DNA of 64,000 nt from an uncultured Verrucomicrobiae bacterium (GCA_963836755.1 CAWIKF010000001.1:480001-544000), one strand, 5' to 3'; shown: positions 19,199 through 30,461, counted from the stretch's first letter. Numbers and translations: made by a program. The notes: generated from the sequence alone by a model not told the origin.

Positions 19199-20743
19199 TC
19201 AATACGCCGACTTCGGCGGTGCGATCATCTGCCACGCGGTCTTGATGATGATGACCCAATCCATCAGCGGTGACCAGTGTTCCAGGTAGTAAAGGTCGGA
19301 GTGAATGCGGTCGATGAGATCTTTCTCCTGACGCGCTTCGCCGCGGAGCCCACGGACTTGCGCGAGACCGGTGATGCCGGGCTTGATGAAGCTGCGGACG
19401 CGGTAAAAGTTTGCGATTTCGCCAAAGAGCAGATCGTGGTCGACGAAGTGTGGCCGCGGCCCAACGATGCTCATTTCTCCGCGAAGCACGTTGATGAATT
19501 GCGGAAGCTCATCGAGGCTCAGCTTGCGGAGCCATTTGCCGATGCCGAAAACGCGCGGGTCATTTTCCACGGCCTGCTTCGCTTCATCCTGAACGTTGAC
19601 GTGCATCGTGCGGAGTTTGAAAATCAGAAAACGACGATTGTATTTGCCAGTCCGAAGCTGGCGGAAAAAGAGCGGACCCGGCGATTGGGAGCGCTGGAAA
19701 AGCCACGTCATCGCGCAGATAGGCGGAAGCACGAAGAGGACGACGGGCAGGGAAACCGCGACGTCGAGCCCGCGTTTCAGGATGCGGCCGAGCGGACATT
19801 CGAGCGGTTCCTGACGGAAACCGATGAATTGAATTCCGTCATCCTCGAAAAATGAGATCGTGCGGTGCAATTTGTCTTCGAGGTCATTGACAATGAGGAG
19901 ACGCACGCCCGCTTTGTCGCAGAGGTCGCCCAACTCCGCGATTTGCACCGGGGACAAAGGCAGATCGACGACGATCAACTGCGTGGCATCGCTTGATTGC
20001 AGGATTTGCGTGATATCGCGGAAATTCCCCAGCACTGGCAGATCGCAATTTTCGTCGTGCTTTGCTTCGTCCGTAATCAGACCGACAGGCTGGAACCCGT
20101 AAATCGCTTTGCGTTCCAGCCACGGCTTCAATTTCACGGCGTTTGAACTGGAGCCGAGCAGCAAGGTATTAGTCCGATGCCATCCGCTAAAAAGCCGCTC
20201 GGCGAGCCGCCGTGGAAAGGTCGCGTTCGTAGCGAGCAACAATAAGTAAGTCGCCGGTGCAAACGTGAACAGGAACAATCGCGACATCACCATGTCCTTG
20301 GCAGCGACCAAGAAAATCAACAGCGTCCCGAGGATGATGCAGGTCTGGCGCAGGCTGATGCTGTGATTGCGAATGATATCCAAATGCAAGAGGTTCTTCC
20401 GGCGCAGGTTCGTCTGGCCGAGATCGACGAGCGAGGCCGCCACGAGCACGAGCGAATAGATCGCGTATTGGCGCTTCATGAAGGCCGCTTCGTGGAGCCA
20501 GCAAAAATCGAGCGCCACCCAAATCCAAAACAGCATCAGCAAGCATGCCGTCTGCGCAAGCCAATGCATCAACGTAAGCCCGCGAACACGATTGGAAATC
20601 ATATCGACGATCCCTCGTTTCGAATTCGTCCCGAACAGCCACTTGTCACCACGTTCTTTTTCATTCCGCTGAGCATCATAGTTCGCTGGGTGCATCTCGG
20701 CTATTGGTTCACTACTGATAATGGTGTAGGCCGCCGGATTCAC
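19199..20743 (-). CDS. Undecaprenyl-phosphate hexose-1-phosphate transferase (WcaJ/GumD-type priming glycosyltransferase)
   Basis: Four N-terminal TM helices and a Rossmann-like CoA-binding-like region; KRGLD, FKLRTM, DPR, SLDELPQFINVLRGEMSIVGPRP and KPGITGLAQV motifs; true start may be the downstream ATG (MISNRV). Confidence 0.92.
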   Translation of the reverse strand: MNPAAYTIISSEPIAEMHPANYDAQRNEKERGDKWLFGTNSKRGIVDMISNRVRGLTLMHWLAQTACLLMLFWIWVALDFCWLHEAAFMKRQYAIYSLVLVAASLVDLGQTNLRRKNLLHLDIIRNHSISLRQTCIILGTLLIFLVAAKDMVMSRLFLFTFAPATYLLLLATNATFPRRLAERLFSGWHRTNTLLLGSSSNAVKLKPWLERKAIYGFQPVGLITDEAKHDENCDLPVLGNFRDITQILQSSDATQLIVVDLPLSPVQIAELGDLCDKAGVRLLIVNDLEDKLHRTISFFEDDGIQFIGFRQEPLECPLGRILKRGLDVAVSLPVVLFVLPPICAMTWLFQRSQSPGPLFFRQLRTGKYNRRFLIFKLRTMHVNVQDEAKQAVENDPRVFGIGKWLRKLSLDELPQFINVLRGEMSIVGPRPHFVDHDLLFGEIANFYRVRSFIKPGITGLAQVRGLRGEARQEKDLIDRIHSDLYYLEHWSPLMDWVIIIKTAWQMIAPPKSAY

Positions 20744-20844
20744 TGCGGTGTAGATGATTGTCTGACAAAACCCTTCCGTTTTCGAGCAATTCCGTGCATA
20801 CTCGTGGTTTGCACTGCTAAAAATTATAAAATTGGCTGGGGATT

Positions 20845-23151
20845 ATGGAACCAACGTTAAATATCGAGGGTGCTTTGCAGGAAAAGATAGAAAGCGCGTC
20901 AGATTCCGCCTTTCGGAATCTGATGGGCTCCTTGCGTGACGAAGAAGCGTATGAGGATTTCTTTGAGCACGCGGTCGAGGGATTTTTCCAGACCACTCCG
21001 GAAGGGCGCTATCTCCGCGCAAATCCAGCGCTGGCGCGGATTTACGGCTACGAATCGGTGCAGGAGTTGATGTCGGCGATGACGAATCTAAACCTGCAGC
21101 TCTACGTTGATCCGCATCGTCGCAAGGAGTTTTCCCGATGCATGCAGGAAGCGGGTGAAGTCATCGATTTCGAATCGCAGGCGTTCCGGCGTGATCGGAG
21201 TGTGATCTGGATTTCGGAAAACGCGCGCCTCGTTCGTGACGAAGCGGGCGAGCCTATCTTATATGAAGGCACGGTGCAGGACATCACGGCTCGCAAAAAA
21301 GCCGAGGAGGCCTTGCGCGCTTCAGAGATGACATGGCGCTGCCTCGTGGAAAACTCCGGCGATCTCATCTTCGTGGCCGATGACAAAGGCAAGGTTTTCT
21401 TTAGCAATCGCGTGGAGTCGGAAAATTCGCACGGACCCATCTATGCCGACATGCAGGACTTCGTATCGCCGGAAAGTCGTCAGGCACTGCGGGATGTAAC
21501 GGAGCGGGTTTTTAACACGGGCACAATTGAGCACTTCGAGCTCGAGGAGCATTCTGGCGGCCAAAAAAGCTGGTATGAAAGCCGTGCGATCCCGATCGAA
21601 ATTGATGACGAGGTGCGCGGGGTTTTGATCATCGGCACGGAGACGACCGATCAAAGAAAACGCGAAGATGAACTCCGCTCGAGCCAGCGCTTTATCGAGC
21701 GCGTCGCGCACGCATCGCCAAATATCATCTACGTCTACGATCTCACTCAGCATCGCTACATTTACGCCAACGAGCGGCTGCTGAAGGTGCTCGGCTACAG
21801 AGTCGGCGAAGTGTTTGAGATGGGATCTGATTTTCTGAAAAAGTTCAGCCATCCTGAGGATGCGTCGCTGCTTGAGGAGCGTTTTAAAAAACTTTTCGAA
21901 GCCCGCGACGACGAAGTTTTCGAATCGGAATTCCGCCTGCGCCATCGCAACGGCGATTGGCGTTGGATCAATGCACGCGAGACGATTTTCACGCGCACGA
22001 GCAGCGGCCGGCCGGATTGCGTCATCGGCACGGCGCAGGATGTCACCGAGCGGCGGCGCACCGAGAGTGCGCTTTTGCAAAGCGAGGAACGTTTCAGAAA
22101 ATTGGTCGAGGGCGTCAACATCGTCCCGTGGGAGAGGGGAGTCAGCGGCAATCGGTTCACCTACGTCGGCCCTCAAGCGGTGAAACTTCTCGGCCATCCC
22201 GTGGACGATTGGTATGCCGCGACTTTTTGGATCGATCATGTGCATCCCGAAGACCGCGCGCGCGCAGAGCACTTCTGGAATCAAGATCTCCCCGCCGATG
22301 TCAGCGACTTCGAGGTGGAATATCGGATGATTGCCGCGGATGGACGAACGGTCTGGGTGCGCGACATCGTCCACGTTTCGCATTTGGAGAACGACATCCG
22401 GGTATTCCACGGGTTCATTCGCGACATCACCGAACAGCAGCGGGCAAAGGAGGAAATCGCAAAATCGCAGCAACAACTCCGCGCACTGTCAGCGTTGCTT
22501 CAGTCCGCGCGCGAGGAGGAGCGAATCCACAACGCACGGGAAATTCACGACGAGCTCGGCGGCGCGCTCACATCACTAAAAATGGATCTTTCGCGCATCG
22601 AAACGGCGATTCCCACTCTTGCGCAGGATGCCGCGAATCCTGTCACAGAGCGGTTCCGCTCAATGTCGCGCTTGATTGATCGCACGATTGAAACCGTCCG
22701 TAAAATCGCGACCGAGCTTCGCCCGCCGGTGCTGGACGCCTTTGGCCTCACCGCCGCGATCGAATGGCAGGCCACTGAATTCCAAAAGCGTTACGGCATT
22801 CGTTGCGAGCTAATTGGCCGCTGGAAATCTGCGGTGCGCGATCAGGATTTATCGACCGCAATTTTCCGCATTTTTCAGGAAGCGCTCACGAACATTGCGC
22901 GGCATTCCGGTGCGACCAAAGTCGCGATCGAGATGGACCAGACCGATGGGAATTTGTTGCTGACCGTGCGCGACAATGGCCGCGGCATCACGGAAGGCGA
23001 GAGCCGCGACTCCCTCGGCCTGCTCGGAATCCGCGAGCGCGCGTTGATGTTCGGCGGCGAAATCGGCGTCCACGGCGTCGCCGGAAAAGGCACCACCATC
23101 ACGATGAGCATGCCCGCGGATACGGAGCAACGTTTGGAAAATCATTGGTAG
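20845..23151 (+). CDS. Cytoplasmic sensor histidine kinase with 4 PAS domains (HisKA_3, NarX/UhpB-like)
   Basis: Repeated PAS/PAC endings (QDITARK, ETTDQR, QDVTERR, RDITEQ); EEER..AREIHDELG H-box; QEALTNIARHS, DNGRG and GLLGIRER motifs. Confidence 0.93.
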   Translation: MEPTLNIEGALQEKIESASDSAFRNLMGSLRDEEAYEDFFEHAVEGFFQTTPEGRYLRANPALARIYGYESVQELMSAMTNLNLQLYVDPHRRKEFSRCMQEAGEVIDFESQAFRRDRSVIWISENARLVRDEAGEPILYEGTVQDITARKKAEEALRASEMTWRCLVENSGDLIFVADDKGKVFFSNRVESENSHGPIYADMQDFVSPESRQALRDVTERVFNTGTIEHFELEEHSGGQKSWYESRAIPIEIDDEVRGVLIIGTETTDQRKREDELRSSQRFIERVAHASPNIIYVYDLTQHRYIYANERLLKVLGYRVGEVFEMGSDFLKKFSHPEDASLLEERFKKLFEARDDEVFESEFRLRHRNGDWRWINARETIFTRTSSGRPDCVIGTAQDVTERRRTESALLQSEERFRKLVEGVNIVPWERGVSGNRFTYVGPQAVKLLGHPVDDWYAATFWIDHVHPEDRARAEHFWNQDLPADVSDFEVEYRMIAADGRTVWVRDIVHVSHLENDIRVFHGFIRDITEQQRAKEEIAKSQQQLRALSALLQSAREEERIHNAREIHDELGGALTSLKMDLSRIETAIPTLAQDAANPVTERFRSMSRLIDRTIETVRKIATELRPPVLDAFGLTAAIEWQATEFQKRYGIRCELIGRWKSAVRDQDLSTAIFRIFQEALTNIARHSGATKVAIEMDQTDGNLLLTVRDNGRGITEGESRDSLGLLGIRERALMFGGEIGVHGVAGKGTTITMSMPADTEQRLENHW

Positions 23152-23175
23152 TTTTGTCGCGGGAACTTTAAAAAA

Positions 23176-23904
23176 ATGTCGAAGGAATTTACGAAAGGCG
23201 CTCCGGTGCTGGCAAAAACCATCCCCGCCAAGCCGGAGAAAGTTGCGAGGCCGCTATTGAAAATCCTCGTCGTCGATGATCATCCGCTCGTGCGCCGCGG
23301 TTTGGTCGAGACGCTGCGCGATGAATTCACCGAGGCGGTGATCGGCGAAGCGTGCGACACGCAAAGCGGGCTCGACCTTTTTTGGAAGGAACCTTGGGAC
23401 GTGGTCGTGCTCGACGTTGCGATGCCTGGACGAAACGGTCTCGATTTCCTGAAGGAGGCAAAAAGCGAGCGCCCGAAAATTCCGATCCTGATTTTGAGCA
23501 CGCATTCGGAAGACCAGTTCGCGATCCGCGCGCTCAAGAGCGGCGCGTCGGGCTATTTGACGAAGGAAAGTGCCGGCCAGGAATTGGTCGCGGCGGTCAA
23601 ACGCATCCTCGCCGGGGGAAAGTATATCCGCAGTTCGCTGGCGGAAAAACTCGCGTCACATCTCGACGTCGACTCGAGCAAGCCGCTCCACCAGGCGCTT
23701 TCAGACCGCGAATATCAGGTGATGCGCATGATCGCGTTTGGACAAACGGTCAAGGAAATCGCGTGCGATTTATCACTCAGCGTGAAGACGGTCAGCACCT
23801 ACCGCACGCGCATTTTGAAAAAAATGCTGCTCAAAAATAATGCGGAGCTGATGCGCTACGCGGTCGAGCACGAGCTCGTCGATGTGCAAAAACGCGCGCA
23901 TTGA
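23176..23904 (+). CDS. NarL/UvrY family response regulator (REC + LuxR HTH)
   Basis: VVDDHPLVRRG, LDVAMPGRNG, GYLTK, LSDREYQV and LSVKTVSTYRTRI motifs. Confidence 0.94.
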   Translation: MSKEFTKGAPVLAKTIPAKPEKVARPLLKILVVDDHPLVRRGLVETLRDEFTEAVIGEACDTQSGLDLFWKEPWDVVVLDVAMPGRNGLDFLKEAKSERPKIPILILSTHSEDQFAIRALKSGASGYLTKESAGQELVAAVKRILAGGKYIRSSLAEKLASHLDVDSSKPLHQALSDREYQVMRMIAFGQTVKEIACDLSLSVKTVSTYRTRILKKMLLKNNAELMRYAVEHELVDVQKRAH

Positions 23905-23910
23905 TCGCGT

Positions 23911-24255
23911 TCACCGCTGCTCGCTCGGCGGCCGAAGGAATGAAAATTCCTCGCCGACTTTTTTCTCGTCGTAAAGAGTCTTGTCGACCCAGACCGTATA
24001 GCTTTTTTTCTCGGAGTCGGCATAAACTTCGAGCGTGTAACTTCCATCGAGCTTGCGCGAGCTCAGCCCGTCAGAGCCGACGGTTAGTTGTTCTTCGGGC
24101 TGCGGTTGAAAATGTTTCGCAGTGATTTTTCCGTTGAGCATGTTGCCCGGCGCATTGTTCGACATTGTTAAAATGCCAAGCCCGAGAAATGTGCCGCCGA
24201 TTCCGACCGCTCCGAGGATGATGAGTAAATTGCGCTTGAGATCGCCTTTGGACAT
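23911..24255 (-). CDS. Hypothetical protein with one N-terminal TM segment
   Basis: 114-aa ORF co-oriented with the upstream transporter; hydrophobic LLIILGAVGIGGTFLGLGIL followed by a beta-rich domain. Confidence 0.7.
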   Translation of the reverse strand: MSKGDLKRNLLIILGAVGIGGTFLGLGILTMSNNAPGNMLNGKITAKHFQPQPEEQLTVGSDGLSSRKLDGSYTLEVYADSEKKSYTVWVDKTLYDEKKVGEEFSFLRPPSEQR

Positions 24256-24270
24256 CGCAATTTTTTTTCG

Positions 24271-25467
24271 TCAGCTGCTCGGAATTTCCACCGCGACGAT
24301 GCCCGGGGCTTCGGGCATCTCGATGCGCCGTCGCGCGATCGATCGTTCCCAGATGTATCGCTTTAGTAAAACCTTAAGCGTCGCTGTGAGCGGCACCGCG
24401 AGCAGCGCTCCGAGCAAGCCGCCGACGACCAGGCTCCATGCGAACACGGAAACGATGATCGTCATTGGATGGAGACCGACGGCGTCGCCGACGATTTTTG
24501 GCGCGATGAACCAGCCATCGACCTGCACCATCACGATGAAAATCACTGTGACGATCAGCGGATGCTGCCAGTCGCCAAACTGCGCCACGGCGATCAGCAC
24601 TGCGGGAACCCAGCAGAGCAAAATGCCGAGGTAGGGGACGAGCTGCAGGATCATCACGAGCAGGCCGATCAGCAGCGCGAATTTCAATCCCACGATCAGC
24701 AGCGCGATTCCTATGAGCGAGCCGTCGATGATCGTCACCAAAATTTGCCCGCGAAAAAACGCGATGAGGTAACGGTTGATCTCCGTCAGGCACGAGACGA
24801 CCTCGTCTTTGAAATCCGACGTCCGAAGCGGCAGATAGTCGCTCCATCGCCGCGAAATCGTCCCGGCATCGCGTAGGAAAAAAAACAAATAGATGGGCAC
24901 GACTAGAAGCCCGAGCAGGAAGCCGAAGACGCCGAGAAAGCCTTCCACGCTGCCAACGAGAAAGGTCCAGACTTTGTCAGGCAGCGTCGGCAATTGCTTT
25001 TGCGACCAAGTCACGACCTCCTGGATCGCCTGCTGGATGTAAGGATTTGCCGAATACTTCGCCTGGTATTTGTCGGCGAAAGCGCTGACGTGCTTCTGGC
25101 CGCTATCCACGAGGTTCGGGATCTGCGCGCCGAAGTCGACGCTTTGATGATAAATCTGCGGGACGACCCAAATTAAAATCCCAACAAGCGGCAGCAAACC
25201 CATCACAAAAACGTAGAGGACCGCTTTTGTGCGCGACGCGCCGAGGCCGACAAAACGCTCGACGACAGGATCGAGCAGATATGCAAAAATCGCCGCGACT
25301 GCGACCGGAATGAGCAGCGGCTGCATCCAGGAAAGGCCAGCCGTCAACGCCACGATCACGATGAACGCGAGCTTTGCCAGCCACCACAACGCGAGCGCGG
25401 TGATCGCCGCCCACAGCATCCGCTGCTGCCACGGCGTCGGAGGTCTAAACCAGGTTGGCCATTTCAC
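24271..25467 (-). CDS. AI-2E (PerM) family transporter
   Basis: [30 protein letters not shown] and [11 protein letters not shown] motifs; GTG start overlaps the icd stop (GTGA). Confidence 0.9.
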   Translation of the reverse strand: MKWPTWFRPPTPWQQRMLWAAITALALWWLAKLAFIVIVALTAGLSWMQPLLIPVAVAAIFAYLLDPVVERFVGLGASRTKAVLYVFVMGLLPLVGILIWVVPQIYHQSVDFGAQIPNLVDSGQKHVSAFADKYQAKYSANPYIQQAIQEVVTWSQKQLPTLPDKVWTFLVGSVEGFLGVFGFLLGLLVVPIYLFFFLRDAGTISRRWSDYLPLRTSDFKDEVVSCLTEINRYLIAFFRGQILVTIIDGSLIGIALLIVGLKFALLIGLLVMILQLVPYLGILLCWVPAVLIAVAQFGDWQHPLIVTVIFIVMVQVDGWFIAPKIVGDAVGLHPMTIIVSVFAWSLVVGGLLGALLAVPLTATLKVLLKRYIWERSIARRRIEMPEAPGIVAVEIPSS

Positions 25468-26783
25468 ATGTATTGAATGATGTTTTCGCCAAACTCGGAG
25501 CACTTTATTTCCGTCGCGCCTTCCATTTGGCGGGCGAAATCATAGGTCACGCGTTTACTGGCGATCGCACCATTGAGGCCTTTCAAAATCAAATCCGCCG
25601 CTTCGATCCAGCCCATGTAGCGGAACATCATTTCGCCGCTGAGCACGACAGAGCCAGGGTTGACGACATCCTTGCCCGCATACTTCGGCGCCGTGCCGTG
25701 CGTGGCTTCAAAAATAGCGTGGCCGCTGATGTAATTGATGTTGCCGCCGGGCGCGATGCCGATGCCGCCGACTTGCGCGGCGAGCGCGTCGCTGAGATAA
25801 TCACCGTTCAAATTTAAAGTCGCGATGACGTCAAAGTCGCCTGGCCTTGTGAGCACTTGCTGGAGGGTGATGTCGGCGATCGCGTCCTTGATCACGATGC
25901 CCGCGCCATCACGTCCTTCCGGGATTTTGCACCACGGGCCGCCGTCGATTTCGACAGCGCCGAACGCATCCTTCGCGAGCTCGTAGCCCCAGTCGCGAAA
26001 CGCGCCCTCGGTGAATTTCATGATGTTGCCCTTGTGCACGATCGTGACGCTTTTCCGCTTGTTTTTGATCGCGTATTCAATCGCCGCGTAGATGAGCCGC
26101 TGAGTGCCCATTTTGCTGACGGCTTTGATTCCGATGCCGACCTCGACCGGCAAAGTTTCCGATCCAGATGGCATCGCTGCGGCTGCAAACTCCGTCGTTT
26201 TTTCCGATGTGCCGAAACGAACTTTGGTAAAATCTTTTGGAAATTCCGCGGCGAGAATTTCGAGAATGCGATTTGCCTCGGGGCTGCCGGCTTTGTAATC
26301 GATGCCGGCGTAAATGTCCTCCGTGTTTTCGCGGAAAATCGTCATGTCCACCTTTTCCGGATGTTTTACCGGCGACGGCACTCCGTTAAAATACTGCACG
26401 GGGCGCAGGCAGACGTAAAGATCGAGCATTTGCCGCAGCGCAACGTTGAGCGAGCGGATGCCGCCGCCGACCGGCGTGGTCAGCGGGCCTTTGATTCCGA
26501 CAAGATATTCTTTGAAGGCTTCGACCGTGTCGTCCGGCAGCCAATTGTCGAATTTGTTCTTCGCCGACTCGCCCGCGAAAACTTCAAACCACGCGATTTT
26601 TCGCGCGCCGCCGTAAGCTTTTTCCACCGCCGCATCGAACACGCGCTCGCTCGCCGCCCAAATGTCCGGTCCGGTGCCGTCGCCGCGGATGAATGGGATG
26701 ATCGGGTTTGCCGGCACGTCGAGTTGTCCGTGGCTGATGGAAATGCGCCCGCCGGCGGGCGGCGTGATGTCTTGATAGGCCAT
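25464..26783 (-). CDS. icd: NADP-dependent isocitrate dehydrogenase
   Basis: [52 protein letters not shown] and [13 protein letters not shown] motifs. Confidence 0.97.
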   Translation of the reverse strand: MAYQDITPPAGGRISISHGQLDVPANPIIPFIRGDGTGPDIWAASERVFDAAVEKAYGGARKIAWFEVFAGESAKNKFDNWLPDDTVEAFKEYLVGIKGPLTTPVGGGIRSLNVALRQMLDLYVCLRPVQYFNGVPSPVKHPEKVDMTIFRENTEDIYAGIDYKAGSPEANRILEILAAEFPKDFTKVRFGTSEKTTEFAAAAMPSGSETLPVEVGIGIKAVSKMGTQRLIYAAIEYAIKNKRKSVTIVHKGNIMKFTEGAFRDWGYELAKDAFGAVEIDGGPWCKIPEGRDGAGIVIKDAIADITLQQVLTRPGDFDVIATLNLNGDYLSDALAAQVGGIGIAPGGNINYISGHAIFEATHGTAPKYAGKDVVNPGSVVLSGEMMFRYMGWIEAADLILKGLNGAIASKRVTYDFARQMEGATEIKCSEFGENIIQYM

Positions 26784-26890
26784 AAGTGGGCGGCGATTAG
26801 AGCAAAATGAAAAGGCGCGGTCTAATGCTTTCGCGAACGCCGCACGTTTGCGCTTGACGAAGTTTCAGCTTTAGAAAAACCATAGGTTTC

Positions 26891-27793
26891 ATGGAAAACA
26901 CAGCAGCTGTTTTGCGGAAAATTTCATCGCCGTTTTTGCTTTGCGCGTTGCTCGCGATCATCGGCAGCGCAGCCGCGCGCGCGGAGGATTTGCCGCAGAG
27001 CATTCGAATTTTGCGGCACGGCGGACCGCTCGACATCACGATCCGCGCGGACAATGGCGACGACATTTCGCTTTATCTCGAGCGCGCTTACACGACGCAG
27101 GCGCTTGGGAAAATGTTGACGACCGACCAGATCGACACGCTCAACCTTTTGCGCGCCGAAGCGCCAGAAAAGTTCGCAATCATCGAGACACTTTTCCCGC
27201 AGCAGACGGCCGAGTTTTTATTGCGCACGACAGTTCCCGCGCCGCTGCCGGCTGAAAATTCCTCGTCGCCGCTGATGCTGCAAATCTCCGGGAACCGTGA
27301 CGCAGAGCCAGTTGCAGGCAGTTTCACCAAAGCGGAAAAGCCGGCGGCTTCCGTGAATTCGGATTTCGGCTCGCGAGAAAAAATGAGCACATTTCTCGCG
27401 CTGCAAAATCAATACAGCCCTTACAGACAACCGGGATTTGCACTTGCCGGCGACACGCTTGTCATTGGCGGCAAAGTTGTGACCGATCGGCTGAATGAGG
27501 TCGCCTCGGCGGCGCGTGTTTCCGCAGAGCAATATGCGTATGAACGTTACAACGCACTTTGCCGCGCGCTGATGCGTTGGCGCGAAGGGCAGGTGACCGG
27601 CAACGCATATGCGGGCACGATCCACGCATTTCTGCGCGATCGCCGTCTCGCGAGTTTTACGCCGGAGGAAGTCAGCCGCGCGTATCAACGTGTCTTCGGC
27701 CGCGATCTAAAGATCGATATCGAGGCTGATCGCGAAGCAGAAAAAGCGGGCCATCGGCTCACTTATAACGAGCTCGAAAATCGGCAGCACTGA
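26891..27793 (+). CDS. Hypothetical secreted protein
   Basis: 300-aa ORF filling the gap between icd and ilvB; signal peptide ending in AAARA; no family recognised. Confidence 0.65.
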   Translation: MENTAAVLRKISSPFLLCALLAIIGSAAARAEDLPQSIRILRHGGPLDITIRADNGDDISLYLERAYTTQALGKMLTTDQIDTLNLLRAEAPEKFAIIETLFPQQTAEFLLRTTVPAPLPAENSSSPLMLQISGNRDAEPVAGSFTKAEKPAASVNSDFGSREKMSTFLALQNQYSPYRQPGFALAGDTLVIGGKVVTDRLNEVASAARVSAEQYAYERYNALCRALMRWREGQVTGNAYAGTIHAFLRDRRLASFTPEEVSRAYQRVFGRDLKIDIEADREAEKAGHRLTYNELENRQH

Positions 27794-27814
27794 GCCCGCC
27801 GCTCGCGTGCGAAA

Positions 27815-29662
27815 TTACAGACCGGCCCGCGCCTCGATGCTCGCGCGGCCTTCGACGATGACGTCTTTGTAACTGCCGCCGCTGGGGATCATCGGCAGCA
27901 CGTGCTCCGTGTAAGGCACCATCACGTCGAGCACATAAGTCTCGTCCGCGTCGAGCATCCGCTGCATCGCCGCGCGCAGATCGCGCTTGTGTAACACGCG
28001 TTCACACGGCACGCCGAAGCCCGCGCACATTTTCACGTAATCGGGATAAATCCCGGCGGGATCGTCGAGGCTGCCCTCGTAAGTTTTTTTCGGATTGCCG
28101 AGAAAAGTATGACCGCGATTGCTTTGATAAAAGCGGTCTTCCCACTGCACGACCATGCCGAGGTATTGATTGTTTAAAATCATCACCTTCGCAGCGATGC
28201 CCTCGATGTGCGCGGTCGCCAGCTCTTGAACGTTCATCAAAAACGAGCCGTCGCCGTCAATGTCCACCACCTGTTTGTCCGGCCGCGCGACTTTTGCGCC
28301 AATGGCCGCCGGATAACCGAATCCCATTGAGCCGAGTCCAGCCGAAGTCAAAAATGTGCGCGGCTCCGTAAAGTCGTAATGCTGCCCGGCCCACATTTGA
28401 TGCTGGCCCACGCCGGTCGTGATGATCGCTTCGCCCTTCGTCATCTGGTGCAGCAGATGGATCGCGTATTGCGGCTGGATCACGTCGTCGGTGTCCTTGA
28501 AAGCAAACGGAAACTCCGCGCGCCACGCGTCAATCTTTTCATACCAAGCTTTGAACTGCGTAAAATTTTGTTTCACGCGCTTGCGGCCGGCTTTTTCGAG
28601 AAGTTCATTGAGCCGCGCGAGCGCGTATTTCACGTCGCTCAAGATCGGCAGGCGCACGATTTTGTTTTTGTTGATCTCAGAGTTGTCGATGTCGATGTGC
28701 ACGATCGTGCCGTGCTCGGCGAACTTCTCGATTTTCCCCGTCACGCGATCGTCAAAACGGACGCCGATCGCGAGCAGCAGGTCCGCTTCGTTGACCGCGT
28801 TGTTCGCGTAAACGGTGCCGTGCATTCCGAGCCATTTCAGCGACAGCGGATGCGTCTCGGGAAAACAGCCGATGCCCATGAGCGTAGTCGCCACGGGGAT
28901 TTGCGTCCGCTCGACAAATTCCAAAAGCTCCGGTGCAGCGTTGCCGGAAATGATTCCGCCGCCGCAATAAATCATCGGATTTTTGTGCGACTCGATCAGT
29001 CCCATCAACTCATTCAGCGCGACGTCGTCGGCGTGCTTCACCGGTTCGTAACCACGCAGATGCACCTCGCGCGGAAAAATCGGCTGCGTCTTTGCCTGCT
29101 GGATATTTTTCGGGATGTCGATGAGCACCGGGCCCGGCCGGCCGCTTTGCGCGATGTAAAACGCTTCTTTAACAACCCGTGGGATGTCGTTGATGTCCAT
29201 CACGAGGTAGTTGTGTTTTACAACCGGCAACGTCATGCCGAACACGTCCGTTTCCTGGAAAGCGCCTTTGCCGATCATGCTTTGCGGCACCTGGCCGGTA
29301 ATCGCGACCAGCGGCACCGAGTCCAGAAATGCATCGGCGATGCCGGTGACGAGATTCGTCGCGCCCGGTCCGCTCGTGGCCATGCAAACGCCCGCGCGGC
29401 CGGTCGCGCGCGCGTAACCTTCGGCCGCGAACACGCCGCCCTGCTCGTGCCGCGGCAAAATCGTGCGGATTTTTTTCGACTTCGTCAGCGCCTGGTGCAT
29501 GTGCATCGACGCCCCGCCGGGATAGGCAAAAATCGTGTCCACTCCTTCACGCTCGAGACAGGCGACGAGGATTTCCGCGCCGTTCATTACGCTCCCGCGC
29601 TCGGCCGTGGCTGCGCGTTTGTTGGTGGAAATTTTGGTGCGGGGTTGTGCTTTCTTGCTCAT
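27815..29662 (-). CDS. ilvB: Acetolactate synthase large subunit, biosynthetic type
   Basis: [28 protein letters not shown] and [11 protein letters not shown] motifs; start reassigned to the ATG of MSKKAQ. Confidence 0.95.
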   Translation of the reverse strand: MSKKAQPRTKISTNKRAATAERGSVMNGAEILVACLEREGVDTIFAYPGGASMHMHQALTKSKKIRTILPRHEQGGVFAAEGYARATGRAGVCMATSGPGATNLVTGIADAFLDSVPLVAITGQVPQSMIGKGAFQETDVFGMTLPVVKHNYLVMDINDIPRVVKEAFYIAQSGRPGPVLIDIPKNIQQAKTQPIFPREVHLRGYEPVKHADDVALNELMGLIESHKNPMIYCGGGIISGNAAPELLEFVERTQIPVATTLMGIGCFPETHPLSLKWLGMHGTVYANNAVNEADLLLAIGVRFDDRVTGKIEKFAEHGTIVHIDIDNSEINKNKIVRLPILSDVKYALARLNELLEKAGRKRVKQNFTQFKAWYEKIDAWRAEFPFAFKDTDDVIQPQYAIHLLHQMTKGEAIITTGVGQHQMWAGQHYDFTEPRTFLTSAGLGSMGFGYPAAIGAKVARPDKQVVDIDGDGSFLMNVQELATAHIEGIAAKVMILNNQYLGMVVQWEDRFYQSNRGHTFLGNPKKTYEGSLDDPAGIYPDYVKMCAGFGVPCERVLHKRDLRAAMQRMLDADETYVLDVMVPYTEHVLPMIPSGGSYKDVIVEGRASIEARAGL

Positions 29663-29768
29663 GGAAAAGGCGCTGATCTTAATGGCAACTTTGACGCGAA
29701 GCAAGCCGGACGCGGATCGAAGGCTGGTTTGCGCGTCGCGCGCCGCCGTGTAATCTCGCTGCCCCACT

Positions 29769-30440
29769 GTGTCGGAAAAAACTCCGCTCTTCATCGGTTT
29801 GCGAGCCGCGCGCGTGAATCTCGCGCCGGGTTTGATCATCCAAACGGTGATGGCCGCGATCGTGATCGCGTTTTATTTTTTCCCACCCGCGCGCGCGTGG
29901 CTGGAGGAGCTGGCGGTCGCGAAGCGGGATGGCGGCTACATCTTCACGGTTTGCGCCACGGTTTTCGCCGGCGCGATTCTGCCGGAATTTTTAAAAGTGC
30001 TGACGTTCCAAGCCGGCAAAGTTTGCCGCGAAAATTTCCGCGAAATGCTTTTCCTCGCGATCTTCTGGGGATGCGACGGCATCATCGTCGATCTGTTTTA
30101 CCAGCTGCAGGCCGGCTGGTTCGGCGCGCAAGTCGATGTGCCGACGGTTCTGAAAAAAGTGCTCGTCGATCAGTTTCTTTTCAACCCGATTTACGCCGCG
30201 CCGGTCGGCCTTTTTTTTTACGAATGGAAAAATCAGCGCTACGCGACACGCGGCCTTTCGCGCGCGTGGACGTGGACTTTTTATAAAAACAAAACGATCC
30301 CCGCGCTTTTCGCGACATGGGTCGTCTGGATTCCGGTGACTGCCGCGATCTACGCGCTGCCGCCGCTTTTGCAGATTCCGATTTTTGCGCTCGCGCTCAC
30401 TTTTTGGGTGCTGATGTTTGGCTTTATCACTAAACAGTGA
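29769..30440 (+). CDS. Mpv17/PMP22 family membrane protein
   Basis: [12 protein letters not shown] and W.VWIP....Y.LP..LQ motifs typical of Mpv17/PMP22; several TM segments. Confidence 0.7.
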   Translation: MSEKTPLFIGLRAARVNLAPGLIIQTVMAAIVIAFYFFPPARAWLEELAVAKRDGGYIFTVCATVFAGAILPEFLKVLTFQAGKVCRENFREMLFLAIFWGCDGIIVDLFYQLQAGWFGAQVDVPTVLKKVLVDQFLFNPIYAAPVGLFFYEWKNQRYATRGLSRAWTWTFYKNKTIPALFATWVVWIPVTAAIYALPPLLQIPIFALALTFWVLMFGFITKQ

Positions 30441-30461
30441 TCGCTCAATGACTCGCACAAA

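Noticed and set aside
20785..20800. Sigma-54-like motif upstream of the wcaJ-like gene (minus strand ATGCACGGAATTGC)
   Set aside because: Lacks the -24 GG and is one base short of the strict -24/-12 spacing.
28379..30286. 635-aa + strand ORF and similar long ORFs (21322-22476, 25857-26810, 30995-31984, 59042-60046)
   Set aside because: Antisense or alternate-frame shadows of well-supported genes (ilvB, kinase, icd, transglutaminase, ppaC); common in GC-rich DNA and without recognisable motifs.
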